Source of the DNA: Minisyncoccia bacterium
GTDB lineage: Bacteria; Patescibacteriota; Minisyncoccia; Phycocordibacterales; DATDWN01
Length of the DNA: 64,000 nt
NCBI GenBank assembly: GCA_049297675.1
Contig: JBAQUS010000004.1
Coordinates: 13,188-77,187 of the forward strand
Reading direction: 5' to 3'
Each line of letters opens with the position of its first letter. Position 1 is the first letter of the stretch. Both the position numbers and the translations under genes were made by a program. Shown piece after piece: positions 18,291 to 28,672 of the stretch. Under the pieces are notes generated by a model, which did no database searches, was not told the DNA's origin, and saw only the letters and a program-made list of their open reading frames with translations.

Positions 18291-19165
18291 TATTCTCCCT
18301 TAAGTTTATAGAACAACTTATTACCATACCTCAAATCAATGTATTGTACAGGCAAATCCCCATCATTAGTTAAATTCAGATCTGGAGTTTTTAGTAAAGC
18401 CTCGAGATTATCATAAACTTTGGTGAGCGACTCGGCTGTGTCAAAATATATCTCCGTTCCACCAGAAAGAGTTAATGTAAACTCACCATTATCATTTCCG
18501 ACTATGTATAACGGATTTAGAGATAGCTCTTTGATTTTTGAAACAAAAATGTTTATGTCCCTAAACAAAGTGCTAGATGCCATATACTCCTTTCCTAAGA
18601 TAGATTCACCTGAAATTATTCCGTAATACTTAAAATAAGCGTCCCCGGAAAAATTTGGTGCCATGGCAAAAATAGTGCTATTTTGATCAATGAAATAACA
18701 ATTCTCCAAACTAGCAACCTCACTTATCACACCTTCAATTGTAGCATTATCCCTTCCAGGAACTGTGTTGCACCAAATAGCATAGGGCTTTCTCTCTCTA
18801 ATACTGACTATAAGTGTTTTAAAACCAGTTAATGAGATATCAATTTCTTCAATCCTTTTAAATGATTCCTTTAAATGATTATTTAAACCAGTCTTTGAGT
18901 ACCAAAAAAAGTTGTCTTTTGGAAAAAGCCACAGGTATGATCCTTCCAGATATTCTTTTGATTTTTTTCCTACTTCCTCCTCTGTCACTAAAACACCCCC
19001 AGAAAGCTTGATCTTTGATATTCGAAATTCAGAACGATGAGATATGTAGGAGAAGGCAGAAATAAAAATAATGACAAGCAAAACAGAAAGTCCTAATTTT
19101 ATCTGTCTTTGTTTTCTTTTTTTTCTTAAATATTCCTCTCTGTGTGTTAAATTGCTTATTGGCAT
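18290..19165 (-). CDS. Cell-division protein FtsQ/DivIB-like (TM plus POTRA)
   Basis: N-terminal basic tail, single TM, POTRA-like ISKIKLSGGVLVTEEEV...LIVSIRERKPYAIW. Immediately downstream of folD in the same orientation. Confidence 0.5.
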   Translation of the reverse strand: MPISNLTHREEYLRKKRKQRQIKLGLSVLLVIIFISAFSYISHRSEFRISKIKLSGGVLVTEEEVGKKSKEYLEGSYLWLFPKDNFFWYSKTGLNNHLKESFKRIEEIDISLTGFKTLIVSIRERKPYAIWCNTVPGRDNATIEGVISEVASLENCYFIDQNSTIFAMAPNFSGDAYFKYYGIISGESILGKEYMASSTLFRDINIFVSKIKELSLNPLYIVGNDNGEFTLTLSGGTEIYFDTAESLTKVYDNLEALLKTPDLNLTNDGDLPVQYIDLRYGNKLFYKLKGE

Positions 19166-19230
19166 GTGACTAATTTCAAATTTTAATGAGTGTTTTTTAG
19201 AAATTAAAAATTAGAAATTAGAAATTTAGA

Positions 19231-20502
19231 TTATTTTCTTGAAATAATTTTCCTCCCTCCCATGTAAGGCACTAGTACTTCAGGAATTTTTACGGAGCCA
19301 TCTGCCTGCTGATAATTCTCAATAATCATTATGAGTGGTCTACCAGAGAGAGCAGTATTGTTTAGAGAGTGAACAAATCTCATTTTCCCGTTGTCATCTT
19401 TGTAGCGAATATTTAGTCTCCTAGTTTGAAAATCATGGAAATACGAAGCTGAACCAGTTTCTCTATATGTATTCTCACTTGGAAGCCATACCTCGATGTC
19501 ATATTTTTTTACCTGACCTAATCCCAAATCACCTCCACAATTTGCTACAACATGATAAGGAAGTCCGAGTACTTCTGTCATTTCTTCAGTATTTCTTTGA
19601 ACCTCCTCATGTAATCTTACTGACTCCTCGTGACTTGCTTCACACAAAACAACCTGCTCAAACTTGTAAAATTCATGGACTCTTAGAATTCCTTTTGTAT
19701 CTTTTCCATGACTCCCCGCTTCTCTTCTGAATGAGTCAGAAAATGACAAAAACTTCATGGGTAAACTTTTCTTGTCTATTACTTCGTCCATAAAATAACC
19801 CATTGTGGCAACCTCTGCAGTTCCTGAGAGGTATTCTCCATCTTGAGTTTTGTACAAATCCTCCTCTCCCTGTGGAATGTATCCAGTTCCTAGTAATAAT
19901 TCACGTTTTAAAAGTGAAGGAACGATCATCGGAGTAAATCCACTTTTTTTTGCAAAAAAATCTTGAACAAATCTCCACAAGGCAAACTGCAGACTTGCTC
20001 CATCGCCTTTCAAAAAATACCCTCTAAACCCAGCGATCTTTGTCCCTCTTTCCAAATCAAGCATATCTAAGTTTTGCATAATCTCAATGTGACTTTTGGG
20101 AATAAAATCAAACTTTGGAATTTCTCCCCAAACTTTAACTTCCTTATTATCTTTATCATCCAACCCTTCTGGCACAGAAATATCTGGAACGTTAGGAACT
20201 GCAATCATCAGAGTCTGCCATTCATGCATTACTGTTTTTAGTTCCTCCTCCTCTTTTTGCATTTCTTGCTTAAGTGATTGCATTTTTACAATCATCTCAT
20301 TTTTTTCATTTTCATTACTAATATTTACAATTTTTTGACTTACTTCATTTTGCTCTGAACGTTTTTTTTCAACTGAGGTAAGCAAATCCTTTCTTTTATC
20401 ATCAACTAAAATAAGTTTATCAACATCAAAATCAAGGTGTTTTTTTTTGGCACCCATAACCACTGTATCTTTATTTTCTCGAATAAATTTAATATCTAGC
20501 AT
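19231..20502 (-). CDS. serS: Seryl-tRNA synthetase
   Basis: MLDIKFIRENKD N-terminus, coiled-coil arm, class II core motifs. Confidence 0.85.
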   Translation of the reverse strand: MLDIKFIRENKDTVVMGAKKKHLDFDVDKLILVDDKRKDLLTSVEKKRSEQNEVSQKIVNISNENEKNEMIVKMQSLKQEMQKEEEELKTVMHEWQTLMIAVPNVPDISVPEGLDDKDNKEVKVWGEIPKFDFIPKSHIEIMQNLDMLDLERGTKIAGFRGYFLKGDGASLQFALWRFVQDFFAKKSGFTPMIVPSLLKRELLLGTGYIPQGEEDLYKTQDGEYLSGTAEVATMGYFMDEVIDKKSLPMKFLSFSDSFRREAGSHGKDTKGILRVHEFYKFEQVVLCEASHEESVRLHEEVQRNTEEMTEVLGLPYHVVANCGGDLGLGQVKKYDIEVWLPSENTYRETGSASYFHDFQTRRLNIRYKDDNGKMRFVHSLNNTALSGRPLIMIIENYQQADGSVKIPEVLVPYMGGRKIISRK

Positions 20503-20537
20503 GATTCTATCAGTTTAACAAAATTTCACTAATATGA

Positions 20538-20592
20538 GAACCCCCGCAGAGGTTGGTAGAAAATGAACATTCTCTACCAAACTCATGCGGGG
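20538..20592 (-). terminator. Long nested hairpin (CCCCCGCA...TGCGGGGG with inner GGTTGGTAGA/TCTACCAAAC) between the small membrane ORF and serS
   Basis: Nested perfect and near-perfect stems overlapping the ORF stop. Confidence 0.5.
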
Positions 20593-20828
20593 GAAAACAA
20601 ACGAAACAAAAACAGTAGTCCACCTGAAAAAATTAACCAGACAGTAAGACCGGCCAGTAGCGAGACAACTAGGCTTATCACTACGGCCATGCAACCCATT
20701 ACAACTGCCTGATTATCTCCTCTTGACATATACTCTCGACCCTCCTCAGAGCCGATTATGTTTCGCATCGACGCCACAAAAACCAGAATCGCCACTACTG
20801 ACAGAAAAATGTAAGCCTTGGGTTCCAT
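20583..20828 (-). CDS. Small 2-TM membrane protein (81 aa)
   Basis: Two hydrophobic helices. Somewhat higher GC than the surroundings. Confidence 0.35.
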   Translation of the reverse strand: MEPKAYIFLSVVAILVFVASMRNIIGSEEGREYMSRGDNQAVVMGCMAVVISLVVSLLAGLTVWLIFSGGLLFLFRLFSPA

Positions 20829-20908
20829 ACTGCCTCCTTCTATATTTCAGCAGTTTTTAGTAATAAAATCAACTTCAAAGTCTCGGGAATTTGTGTACTA
20901 TTTAGTTC

Positions 20909-21763
20909 ATGATAATTAAGAACCTACCAAGAGAAGACTTTCCGCCCTTACTCCTCCAAATCAACGACCCGCCGAAGTCCTTGAGAATCGTCGGAGAATT
21001 ACCTAAAACCGAAAAATACTTGGCAGTGGTCGGCTCAAGAAAATACAGTGAGTATGGCAAAAATGTTTGTGAAAAACTTATCGAGGGACTTTCTGGATAC
21101 TCTATTACAATAGTATCTGGCTTGGCTCTTGGTATTGATTCAATCGGACACAGGTCGGCGATAAGAGCGGGACTCCCAACAATCGCTATCCCAGGGTCAG
21201 GTTTAGCAGAAGAAGTCCTGTATCCACACAGTCATAAAAATTTAGCAAAAGAGATCGTTGAGAAAGGCGGATGTTTGCTTTCTGAATTCCCTGATACTTA
21301 TCCATCTCTACCAAAAAATTTTCCTGAAAGAAACAGGATCATTGCTGGAATGTCACATGCTACCCTGGTTATTGAAGCGGAACTACAATCAGGTACACTC
21401 ATCACATCCAAACTAGCCACAGAATATAACAGGGACGTCTTTACAGTTCCAAATTCCATTTTTTCCAAAACATCTGAAGGTCCACACATGCTCCTGCGTC
21501 TTGGTGCAACACCAATAACACAGTCAGCAGATATTGTTTCAGCACTTGGGCTAACTCCCCACGATAACTTATTTCAAAAGAGAGATTATAAAAATTGTTC
21601 ATCTGATGAACATGAAGTCATTTCACTACTTTCTGAACCGTTTTCCCGCGATGAAATAATTCGTAAACTAGAAAAGCCTGTTTACGTAACTCAGACCATA
21701 CTAGCCACAATGGAGATCAAAGGACTAATAGAGGAAACAATGGGAGAAATACACTTAAAATAA
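20909..21763 (+). CDS. dprA: DNA processing protein DprA (Smf)
   Basis: LAVVGSRKYSEYG...IVSGLALGIDSIGHRSAIRAG Rossmann-like DprA core. Confidence 0.75.
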   Translation: MIIKNLPREDFPPLLLQINDPPKSLRIVGELPKTEKYLAVVGSRKYSEYGKNVCEKLIEGLSGYSITIVSGLALGIDSIGHRSAIRAGLPTIAIPGSGLAEEVLYPHSHKNLAKEIVEKGGCLLSEFPDTYPSLPKNFPERNRIIAGMSHATLVIEAELQSGTLITSKLATEYNRDVFTVPNSIFSKTSEGPHMLLRLGATPITQSADIVSALGLTPHDNLFQKRDYKNCSSDEHEVISLLSEPFSRDEIIRKLEKPVYVTQTILATMEIKGLIEETMGEIHLK

Positions 21764-21803
21764 ATTTCTAATTAACATAATTTCTAATTTCTAAATAAAA
21801 ACA

Positions 21804-22154
21804 ATGAACAACAACTCAAAATATGATCTCGAAGAGAGGACTGCAAAGTTTGGAGAAAATATAATAGTATTTTGTAAAGACTTGCCTAAAAATGAAATAA
21901 CCAAACCCTTAATCAATCAACTAATAAAATGTGGCACCAGTGTTGGTGCAAATTATTGCGAAGCAGACGATGCAGAGAGTAAAGCTGATTTTAAACATAA
22001 AATTGGAATTTGTAAAAAAGAAGCAAGAGAATCAAAACATTTCTTAAGAATGGTGGTTACAGCAGCACCAGAAACTAAATCGAGTGCAACAAAACTTTGG
22101 TTAGAGGCAAAAGAAATAAACTTAATTTTTAATTCGATATACAAAAAGTGCTAA
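21804..22154 (+). CDS. Four-helix-bundle protein (PF05635-like; 23S rRNA intervening-sequence-protein family)
   Basis: LINQLIKCGTSVGANYCEADDAESKADFKHKIGICKKEARESKHFLRMV. Confidence 0.55.
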   Translation: MNNNSKYDLEERTAKFGENIIVFCKDLPKNEITKPLINQLIKCGTSVGANYCEADDAESKADFKHKIGICKKEARESKHFLRMVVTAAPETKSSATKLWLEAKEINLIFNSIYKKC

Positions 22155-22266
22155 TTGAGTATTGTGACTTATTTAGAAATTAGGTTAATTAGAAATTAGA
22201 AATTTAAATATAAATTTGCTTTTTATAATATTTTTCTGTAATACTTAGTAAACAAAATAAAATAGT

Positions 22267-24516
22267 ATGAAATTACTTATTGTCGAATCCCCTGCCAAAG
22301 CTAAAACCATTTCAAAATATTTGGATGGCAAATATAAAGTGGTCGCATCTGTTGGTCATATTCGCGATTTGCCAAAATCAAACAAAAAAGCCATCGACAT
22401 CGAGGGTGGGTTTATTCCGCATTACGAAATATCCAAAGGTAAAGAACGTATTGTAAAAGAACTCCATGATCTTGCAGACAAAGCAGATGAGATACTTTTG
22501 GCAACTGACCCCGACCGAGAAGGCGAAGCTATCGCCTGGCATATTGCCCAAGCCACAAAGCTCAAAAATCCGAAGAGAGTAGTTTTTAACGAAATCACTA
22601 AAGAGGCAGTGACTGAAGCGGTAGAGCATCCTAGAAAGATAGATATGAATCTCAAGGAAGCACAGGAAGCAAGGAGAGTCTTAGATCGCTTAGTGGGTTA
22701 CGACCTATCCGGACTTATTTGGAAAAAGGTTCGTTACGGTCTGTCAGCTGGTAGAGTTCAATCCCCTGCTCTTCGAATAATAATGGAGCGTGAGCGTGAA
22801 ATCCGAGCTTTCAAACCTGAAGATTACTGGGTTATCTCCGCCTTAGTTTCCCCTACTTCGGATATAGGGGAAAAATTCACAACAATATGTGAGGAAGAGC
22901 CGAGAGATAAGAAGGAGTTTGAAAAAATTGTTGAGCTTACGGAAAAAGCCGGAAAGGAAAAAAGATGGAGAGTTGTAGATGTTAAAGAAACTGAAGCCAA
23001 AAAAACTCCAAAGCCTCCTTTTATTACTTCAACACTTCAGCAGTCAGCTTCTTCGAGACTAGGATTTTCTCCATCGAGAACAATGGGTATCGCTCAGAAA
23101 CTTTATGAAGCTGGATATATTACATACATGAGAACAGACTCTACAAATCTTTCAAATCAAGCTCTGGGAGATATTGGTCAAACTGTTGAGAAAAAATATG
23201 GAAAGGAGTTTTTACAAATTAGAAAATATGCAACAAAAAGTAAAAACGCACAGGAAGCCCATGAAGCTATCCGCCCAACACACTTTAGTGTAGAAAACGC
23301 CGGTCACAACGAAGAGCAGATAAAACTTTACAAACTTATATGGCAGAGGACCTTATCATCACAGATGGTTGATGCACAAATGATAAGAACAAAAATTTCA
23401 ACTAACGTTCACAATACTAATATACGAATTAATGCGAATGAAACGAATGAAAGTCAAATTCCGGACTTTTCAATAACTGGTTCGAGAGTTAAATCACCTG
23501 GGTGGCTTTTGGCAGATCCAGCCTCTCGTGGTGAAGAAGTGGAACTACCAAAAGTAGTGAAAGATGAAAAATTAGATTTAATAAAAATAAATACTGAGGA
23601 AAAACAAACCGAGCCACCAGGAAGATATTCGGAGGCTGGGCTAGTAAAGGAGCTTGAAAAAAGAGGTATCGGCAGACCTTCTACGTACGCATCAATCATT
23701 AAGACTTTGGAGGATAGAGGTTATGTTGAGAAAATAAACAAAGCTTTAGTGCCAACAGATACGGGTGATGTGGTTTCGTCTTTTCTTGAGGACAACTTCC
23801 CTACTTATATAAGTGATGATTTTACGGCACACATGGAAGATGATTTAGATGAGATAGCTCTAGGTAAGAAAGAGTACATCAAAACTCTAAGTGATTTTTA
23901 TAAACCATTTTCTAAGGAAGTTAAGAGCAAAGAAAAAATGGATAAAGTCACAAACATGGGTGATGCTGATCCGAAAATGAAATGCCCAACTTGCGGAGAC
24001 TCTATGATAATAAAACTTTCCAGAAATGGAAAATTTTTATCGTGTTCTCGATATCCTGAATGCGAGGGAGCACTGACGATGGATGGATTAGAGATAAAGA
24101 AAGATGAACCAATTGGTATCGACCCTGAGTCAGGACTGCAAGTTTTTATTCAAGTCGGGAAATATGGTCCATATGTTCAGTTGGGTGAAAGGGTGAAAGG
24201 AAAAGGAAGCAAGAAAGCATTGAAACCCAGGATGGCAAGCATCCCGAAAGAGAAACCTCTAAACGAAGTATCAATGGAAGATGCTATGAAATATCTCTCT
24301 CTTCCAAAAGTTTTAGGTTCACACCCAGAGACTGGTGAGACCATTACTGCAAATATAGGTCGCTTTGGGCCTTACATAGCTCATAATACCAAACCTAAAG
24401 CTGACTTCCGTTCGCTTAAAGTGGATGATGTTTACGAAATCGAGCTTCCTCGAGCACTAGAAATTCTGAAGGAAGAGAAAAAAAAGCGTGGATTTTTGAG
24501 AAAAAAGAAAGCTTAG
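22267..24516 (+). CDS. topA: DNA topoisomerase I
   Basis: MKLLIVESPAKAKTISKYL Toprim N-terminus, catalytic-Tyr region and C-terminal CPTCG zinc ribbon. Confidence 0.9.
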   Translation: MKLLIVESPAKAKTISKYLDGKYKVVASVGHIRDLPKSNKKAIDIEGGFIPHYEISKGKERIVKELHDLADKADEILLATDPDREGEAIAWHIAQATKLKNPKRVVFNEITKEAVTEAVEHPRKIDMNLKEAQEARRVLDRLVGYDLSGLIWKKVRYGLSAGRVQSPALRIIMEREREIRAFKPEDYWVISALVSPTSDIGEKFTTICEEEPRDKKEFEKIVELTEKAGKEKRWRVVDVKETEAKKTPKPPFITSTLQQSASSRLGFSPSRTMGIAQKLYEAGYITYMRTDSTNLSNQALGDIGQTVEKKYGKEFLQIRKYATKSKNAQEAHEAIRPTHFSVENAGHNEEQIKLYKLIWQRTLSSQMVDAQMIRTKISTNVHNTNIRINANETNESQIPDFSITGSRVKSPGWLLADPASRGEEVELPKVVKDEKLDLIKINTEEKQTEPPGRYSEAGLVKELEKRGIGRPSTYASIIKTLEDRGYVEKINKALVPTDTGDVVSSFLEDNFPTYISDDFTAHMEDDLDEIALGKKEYIKTLSDFYKPFSKEVKSKEKMDKVTNMGDADPKMKCPTCGDSMIIKLSRNGKFLSCSRYPECEGALTMDGLEIKKDEPIGIDPESGLQVFIQVGKYGPYVQLGERVKGKGSKKALKPRMASIPKEKPLNEVSMEDAMKYLSLPKVLGSHPETGETITANIGRFGPYIAHNTKPKADFRSLKVDDVYEIELPRALEILKEEKKKRGFLRKKKA

Positions 24517-24549
24517 TAACTTTCCTTTAAAGTTATATAATTATATCTT

Positions 24550-25953
24550 GTGAATGATCTAAAAGAAATAACCTCTTTGATGCTAAATCCGACGGAGAAT
24601 GATATTTCTCTTGTCGAAAAAGCCTTTAGTTTTGCTAAAAAGGCTCATGAAGGTAGTATGAGAAAAAGTGGTGAACCTTATTTTAACCATGTTTTTGGCA
24701 CCGCGAAAAATATTGCTGAGATTGGCATGGGAGCTACCACAATAGCTTCTGGACTTTTGCATGACACTATTGAGGACACAAAAGTAACCGAGGAGGAAAT
24801 CGAGAGAGAATTCGGAAGTGAGATATTGTTCCTAGTTGAAGGTGTAACCAAGCTCGGTAAATTGAAATATCACGGTACTGAGAGATATAACGAGAGTCTA
24901 AGAAAGCTTTTTGTGGCAACTTCAAAAGATATTAGGGTTCTTATCATAAAACTCTGTGACAGGCTTAATAATATGCAAACTCTTTCTGCCATTCCGAAGG
25001 AGAAACAAATTCGTATTGCTAAAGAAACTCTTGAGATATATGCACCTATCGCCTACCGGCTGGGCATAAAGAAACTCCAGAGAGATCTAGAGGACACTTC
25101 TTTCGGCTACGTATATCCAAAAGAATATGAGGAAATAAAAAAGATTTTGAATGTAAAGAAGAACGAAGTCGAGAAACATCTTGATAAATTTCAAAAGTCA
25201 TTAAAAAAGGAGTTGGCAAAAAACGATATTACAGATTTTAAGATTGATTACAGAGTAAAAAGCCTATACTCACTTTATAAAAAATTACAAAAATACAAAT
25301 GGAATGTTGAATCAGTTTACGATATTTCAGCCATTCGCATAACTGTTCCAGAGATTTCCGATTGTTATAGAGTTTTAGGAGTAGTTCACGGATCATGGAG
25401 ACCACTTCCTGAGAGAATAAAAGACTACATTGCATCCCCTAAGCTAAACGGGTATAGATCGATACACACGACTATTTTCACAGGAGATGGTGGAATTATA
25501 GAGGTCCAGATCCGAACTGAGGAGATGCATAAGGAAGCGGAGTACGGTATCGCTTCTCATTTATCGTACAAGCAAGGAGGAAAATCCGCCACTGGCTGGA
25601 TAAAAGACTTGATAGAATATCAAAAAGAAGCTGGCGACGAATTCATTGAAAACATAAAGACTGACTTTTTCGAGGAGAGAATTTTTATTTTCACCCCCAT
25701 AGGAGACGTCATGGACCTACCCAAAGGCTCATCAGTTATAGACTTTGCCTATGCTGTTCACACTGATATTGGAGACCACATGTCGGGGGCAAAAATAAAC
25801 GGTAAATTTGTGGCAATCACTACCACGCTTCAAAACGGCGACAGGGTTGAGATAGAAACCAAAAAATCCGCCAAGCCAAGCTCCAAGTGGCTAGAGTTCT
25901 GCAAGACTACCGTTGCCCGTCGAAAAATCCAACATTCACTCGAGAGAAAATAA
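24550..25953 (+). CDS. Small RelA/SpoT homolog (HD hydrolase plus (p)ppGpp synthetase plus TGS; no ACT)
   Basis: HD motif LLHDTIEDT, synthetase motif GYRSIHT, and TGS-like C-terminus. GTG start. Confidence 0.8.
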   Translation: MNDLKEITSLMLNPTENDISLVEKAFSFAKKAHEGSMRKSGEPYFNHVFGTAKNIAEIGMGATTIASGLLHDTIEDTKVTEEEIEREFGSEILFLVEGVTKLGKLKYHGTERYNESLRKLFVATSKDIRVLIIKLCDRLNNMQTLSAIPKEKQIRIAKETLEIYAPIAYRLGIKKLQRDLEDTSFGYVYPKEYEEIKKILNVKKNEVEKHLDKFQKSLKKELAKNDITDFKIDYRVKSLYSLYKKLQKYKWNVESVYDISAIRITVPEISDCYRVLGVVHGSWRPLPERIKDYIASPKLNGYRSIHTTIFTGDGGIIEVQIRTEEMHKEAEYGIASHLSYKQGGKSATGWIKDLIEYQKEAGDEFIENIKTDFFEERIFIFTPIGDVMDLPKGSSVIDFAYAVHTDIGDHMSGAKINGKFVAITTTLQNGDRVEIETKKSAKPSSKWLEFCKTTVARRKIQHSLERK

Positions 25954-25961
25954 TCACTACA

Positions 25962-26041
25962 CAAAATTTCTTTCTCACTATTTATTTTTCCAGACCGCAT
26001 AAATCCTTGGTAGGATTTTGCTTAGCCTCGGCACTCTAAGA
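25962..26041 (+). other. Conserved 80-nt noncoding element, copy A (candidate structured RNA, 3'-UTR element or terminator/attenuator)
   Basis: Shares CAAAATTTCTTTCTCAC...TTTTTCCAGACCGCATAAA-[hairpin]-TTTTGCTTAGCCTCG....TCTAAGA with 63919-63998. The internal hairpin covaries (AAATCCT/AGGATTT here). Confidence 0.5.
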
Positions 26042-26414
26042 GACTCATCAAAGGATTACCTTTGTGATTCTCTAAAGTGCCTGCGGAGTCTTCCGAAGAG
26101 TTCACACTGACTACTGCGTCGGATATAAGACTTCGCATGCTAAACCTCCCTGTTCTTGCAAAAGGATACCAATCAAATCTAGTTTTGTCAAAAAATATTT
26201 TACAAATAAATAAACGAAGACTCCCATCGCTTGTTCACAATTGTGGCAAAAAATTCTCACAATGAGAACATGATGAATAAAATCTCGTTGACTTGTAATT
26301 TTTTCAGAATATGTCGGAAGCCGAAGAGACCGAGACTTAAAGGAAAATTTCAGCAGAAATTTATCATGGTTCTGAAAAAATTATAAGGAAAAAGAGATTT
26401 TGTAATTGAAGTTT

Positions 26415-27461
26415 TTATATGCTGAAGTTTTTGATGGAGTATAATTCTTCATCACTGCTATTTTCATCTCGAGACTTCTCTAGAGGTGTTCGGTCGTCCA
26501 TTTCCTTTAGGTCGCTTATAGTAAGGTCAACTGCAGTTGAGTCGTTAATATAGTTTGGAACATTTTCGTTTTTTGGGGGAATGGGATTTTCTACAATATG
26601 TTTATCTAACATTTCTGTGCCAGTCATTTTTTGATTGGATTTTATAAGTTCGAGAATTTGATGGAGGTCTTCGTTTGAGAAATAATCTATAAGAATTTTC
26701 CCGCCATTTTCTCTTTTCTCGATCGAAACCCTTGTTCCTAGTGTCTCTGTTAGTCTCTCTTCCATCTCCTGCGTTTCAGGATCTAGTGTAGCTCCCTTCT
26801 TTTTTATTTTGTCATAGGCAATCCTCCTACCAATTGCTTCGGTTTCCCTAACGGTCAATTTTTTATACATTATTTCCTTAAACAGTGTTTGTTGTTCGTC
26901 TGGTCTGTCACCCAGCATCATGAGGGGTCTTGCATGACCCTCTGTGATCTTGCCTTGAGAGATAGCATCTAGAATCTCCTTGGGAAGGGCTAAGAGCCTT
27001 ACGGAGTTTGAAACATATTCACGGCTCTTTCCAACTTTCTTGCCAATCTCATGGTGTTTAAAACCAAACTCATCAATAAGTCTTTGAAAAGCTCTGGCTC
27101 TATCAACAGGATTTAGATCCTCTCTTTGGATATTTTCTATTATTGCTAACTCAAGCTTCAATAAATCATTTTCTTCATCCCCTACTTTTATAAGTGCAGG
27201 CACTTGAGAAAGCCCGGCTATCTTCGATGCTCGAAGTCGTCTTTCGCCCGCTATGAGTTCATACTGAACATCGAGTCCTCCATCTTCTTTTTGAATCTCC
27301 TTTCGAGTGACAACGAGTGCTTGCAAAACTCCGTACTGCCTTATTGAATCTGCAAGAGACTGGAGTTCAGCTTCGTTAAATTCCCTTCTAGGTTGAAAGG
27401 GGTTAGGAATTATTTTGTCTACATCTATCCAGAAAATTGAATCCTTATAAAACTGGGACAT
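26415..27461 (-). CDS. parB: ParB/Spo0J chromosome-partitioning protein
   Basis: ParB box LIAGERRLRAS plus an HTH region. Confidence 0.8.
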   Translation of the reverse strand: MSQFYKDSIFWIDVDKIIPNPFQPRREFNEAELQSLADSIRQYGVLQALVVTRKEIQKEDGGLDVQYELIAGERRLRASKIAGLSQVPALIKVGDEENDLLKLELAIIENIQREDLNPVDRARAFQRLIDEFGFKHHEIGKKVGKSREYVSNSVRLLALPKEILDAISQGKITEGHARPLMMLGDRPDEQQTLFKEIMYKKLTVRETEAIGRRIAYDKIKKKGATLDPETQEMEERLTETLGTRVSIEKRENGGKILIDYFSNEDLHQILELIKSNQKMTGTEMLDKHIVENPIPPKNENVPNYINDSTAVDLTISDLKEMDDRTPLEKSRDENSSDEELYSIKNFSI

Positions 27462-27535
27462 AAAATAGTTAAAGTTTGTAAAGTTATAAAGTTTGTAAAG
27501 TTATGAGATCATTTTATCACATAAGAAAATCTGGC

Positions 27536-28672
27536 TCAATCAAAATCTCCGACTAGTTCTGGCTCTATCCTAAGCCTTATTCCAAATTCTTTATACACTT
27601 TTTCTGACACCTCTTTTGAAAGATTGTAAATATCCTTGGCCTTAGCACGACCAGTAAAGTTATTTATTACCCCAGCATGACTCTCTAAAATCTTTGCACC
27701 CCCTCTGGATTTTCCTCTGTAGCCAAGTATCTCCACAAACAATCCTGGTGTAACTTTCATACCCTGCTTAACCCTAAATACACTTTTTTTGTCTACCATT
27801 TCTTGTGCCTTTTTATTGTGACCCATCTTTCTTAATTTATGAATTATTGAATCGAATGTTTTTGAATTTACGGATTTGGCATTCCAGAAACTGCCGACAG
27901 AACCATTCTTAGGACTGCCGGGAAATGGAAATTTGTTATCTCTTACTGAAATAATTGCCATCCTCAATGTTTTTAAACTAGGAATAATTTTAGGATGATT
28001 CTCAAAGTACTTCTTTAGATCGTTGTATTCAAAATTTAGTTTTCCTTTTTTCCATAATCGAAAGACTATACTTGTTACAACATATTTATTTTTATATTTT
28101 CTAGGATCATTTAAACAACTTTTTCTATAAGAAAATTTTATTTCTTTTCTGGATAAGATTTTCTCTTTTAGGGTTTTTCTATTTATTACTTTCACAAAAA
28201 CAACACTACTTGAAACTTCCTGACCGTATGCGCCTATATTCTGGACAACTGAAGCACCAACAGTTCCAGGAATATGTGAGAGATTTTCAACTCCATATAG
28301 TTTCTGATTTACTGAAAACTTAGCAAAATCATCCCAAATTTCACCGGAAAAAACCTCATAATCCCTATACTTACTACTCTCTCTCACAACCTTCACACCT
28401 CTCAAATTTACTTTTATAACTAATCCAGAAAAACCACTATCTGAAACAATAATATTACTTCCTCCCCCAAGAATAAAAACTGGAACTCTTTTTTCTTTTG
28501 CAAAAATTAAAGCCATTTTTAGTTCAGCGAGACTAGATACTGATGCAAAAAACCTTGCTTTACCTCCTACATGCATGCTTGTTAGAGGTTTAAGACTATG
28601 ATTTTCTTTAATCTTCATATTCAGCCCAAATATACCATATATGATATAATCGCCAACGTGGAAAAAACTCAA
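27536..28672 (-). CDS. murB: UDP-N-acetylenolpyruvoylglucosamine reductase
   Basis: FAD-binding LGGGSNII motif. The start is probably the internal Met (MKIKENHS). Confidence 0.7.
   Translation of the reverse strand: MSFFHVGDYIIYGIFGLNMKIKENHSLKPLTSMHVGGKARFFASVSSLAELKMALIFAKEKRVPVFILGGGSNIIVSDSGFSGLVIKVNLRGVKVVRESSKYRDYEVFSGEIWDDFAKFSVNQKLYGVENLSHIPGTVGASVVQNIGAYGQEVSSSVVFVKVINRKTLKEKILSRKEIKFSYRKSCLNDPRKYKNKYVVTSIVFRLWKKGKLNFEYNDLKKYFENHPKIIPSLKTLRMAIISVRDNKFPFPGSPKNGSVGSFWNAKSVNSKTFDSIIHKLRKMGHNKKAQEMVDKKSVFRVKQGMKVTPGLFVEILGYRGKSRGGAKILESHAGVINNFTGRAKAKDIYNLSKEVSEKVYKEFGIRLRIEPELVGDFD

Noticed and set aside
26077-26265. 62-aa plus-strand ORF in the RSH-parB intergenic region
   Set aside because: No RBS. 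It overlaps the hairpin-rich sequence that follows the conserved element and is more plausibly noncoding RNA.
25954-26414. CRISPR array or tandem repeats in the long RSH-parB intergenic region
   Set aside because: No regularly spaced direct repeats. Only irregular hairpins and the 80-nt conserved element. No cas genes anywhere in the window.
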